DNA of 64,000 bases. Source: Pristiophorus japonicus (taxonomy: Eukaryota). Shown here in pieces: positions 63,192-64,000 of the stretch (the first letter of the stretch is position 1; every line of letters begins with the position of its first letter). The stretch covers positions 144,274,001 through 144,338,000 of the forward strand of contig NC_091984.1 in the NCBI RefSeq assembly GCF_044704955.1, read 5' to 3'. The translations under genes were made by a program, and so were the position numbers. The notes beneath the pieces were generated by a model that searched no databases, was not told where the DNA came from, and worked only from the letters and a program-made list of their open reading frames with translations.

Positions 63192-63290
63192 GGGTGTTGG
63201 GGCAGCTCCCGATAGTGGGATCGCACTGTGCACTCTGTGCTGAGTGCTGGGGGCAATCTGGGGGCAGGAGACCACAGTCACAACGTTTCA
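63192..63290 (+). other. Cryptic 23-bp-spacer RSS followed by a J-like relic
   Basis: GGGTGTTGG (6/9 nonamer) - 23 nt - CACTGTG (63224-63230); TGG GGG CAG GAG ACC ACA GTC ACA = WGQETTVT from 63259; no splice donor. Confidence 0.35.
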
Positions 63291-63494
63291 TTCTCTCTCC
63301 TTAACGTGTGGCTCGTGGCAGCAGCACAAAACTGTACCGAGTGAGGCCCCAGCTTGGGGAGAGGAGCAGTCATACACGTGTATCACCGTGTACATGTCCC
63401 TGAGTGTTAGTGTGGCTTACCCACTGTAGGGGTGTATGTGTGTGTGTGTGTGTGTGACTATTACCCAGCACCGCCTGTAGATGTGTGTGTGTTG

Positions 63495-64000
63495 CTTTCC
63501 CACATTATACTCCATCTGACAACTTTTTGCCCACTCACTTAGCCTGTCTATATCCCTTTGCATATTTTTTGTGTCCTCCTCACAATTTGCTTTCCCACCC
63601 ATCTTTGTATCATCAGAAAACTTGGCTGCATTACACTCGATCCCTTCATCTATGTCATTAAGGTAGATTGTAAATAATAAGGACCCACCACCGATCCCTG
63701 CGGCACCCCACTAGTTACTGTTTGCCAACCGGAAAATGACCCATTTATGCTGACCCTCTGTTTTTTGTTAGTTAGCCAATCCTCTATCCATGCTAATATA
63801 TCACCCCCAACCCCGTGAATTTTTATCTTGTGCCTTTTATGTAGCACCTTATCGAATGCCTTCTGGAAATCCAAATACACCACATCCACTGGTTCCCCTT
63901 TATCCACTTTGCTCGTTACATCCTCAAAGAATTCCAGCAAATGTGTCAAACATGATTCCCCTTCATAAAACCGTGCTGACTCTGCTTGATTGAACTATGC
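63495..64000 (-). mobile_element. CR1 RT fragment
   Basis: LLEFFEDVT...YLDFQKAFDKV...SGVPQGSV in ORF 63650-63949. Confidence 0.9.

Overview
Eukaryotic, repeat-saturated DNA from a cartilaginous fish (elasmobranch inferred from the Ig exon and the SINE/LINE families). The only clearly intact host coding exon is an immunoglobulin light-chain constant exon of the kappa (type III/NS4-like) class at 62050-62378 (+). I found no V or functional J segment in the 62 kb upstream of it. Most of the window is a large diverged inverted segmental duplication: arm L ~4524-23985 and arm R ~43236-61713 around a ~19 kb spacer. Both arms carry the same nested TEs at the same insertion sites: a 5.5-kb PIF/Harbinger with transposase and a 3-exon Myb/SANT gene, CR1 and L2 LINEs, SINEs and a MITE. 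Arm R also has its own insertions (a 4.9-kb truncated ERV, a small solo LTR) and two multi-kb deletions. The spacer holds a solo LTR, a Gypsy remnant, an RTE fragment, a transposase-less Myb-only Harbinger, an inverted Penelope pair with decayed hammerhead ribozymes, a non-gamma-type env remnant with a 1.7-kb LTR, and possible exons of an unidentified gene. The most intriguing speculative signal is that C-kappa is bracketed by a cryptic 12-RSS upstream and a 23-RSS plus J-like relic (WGQETTVT) downstream, in deletional orientation. This layout resembles the mammalian intron-RS/kappa-deleting-element system. All identities and boundaries were judged by eye; TE boundaries are approximate unless TIR/TSD positions are quoted.
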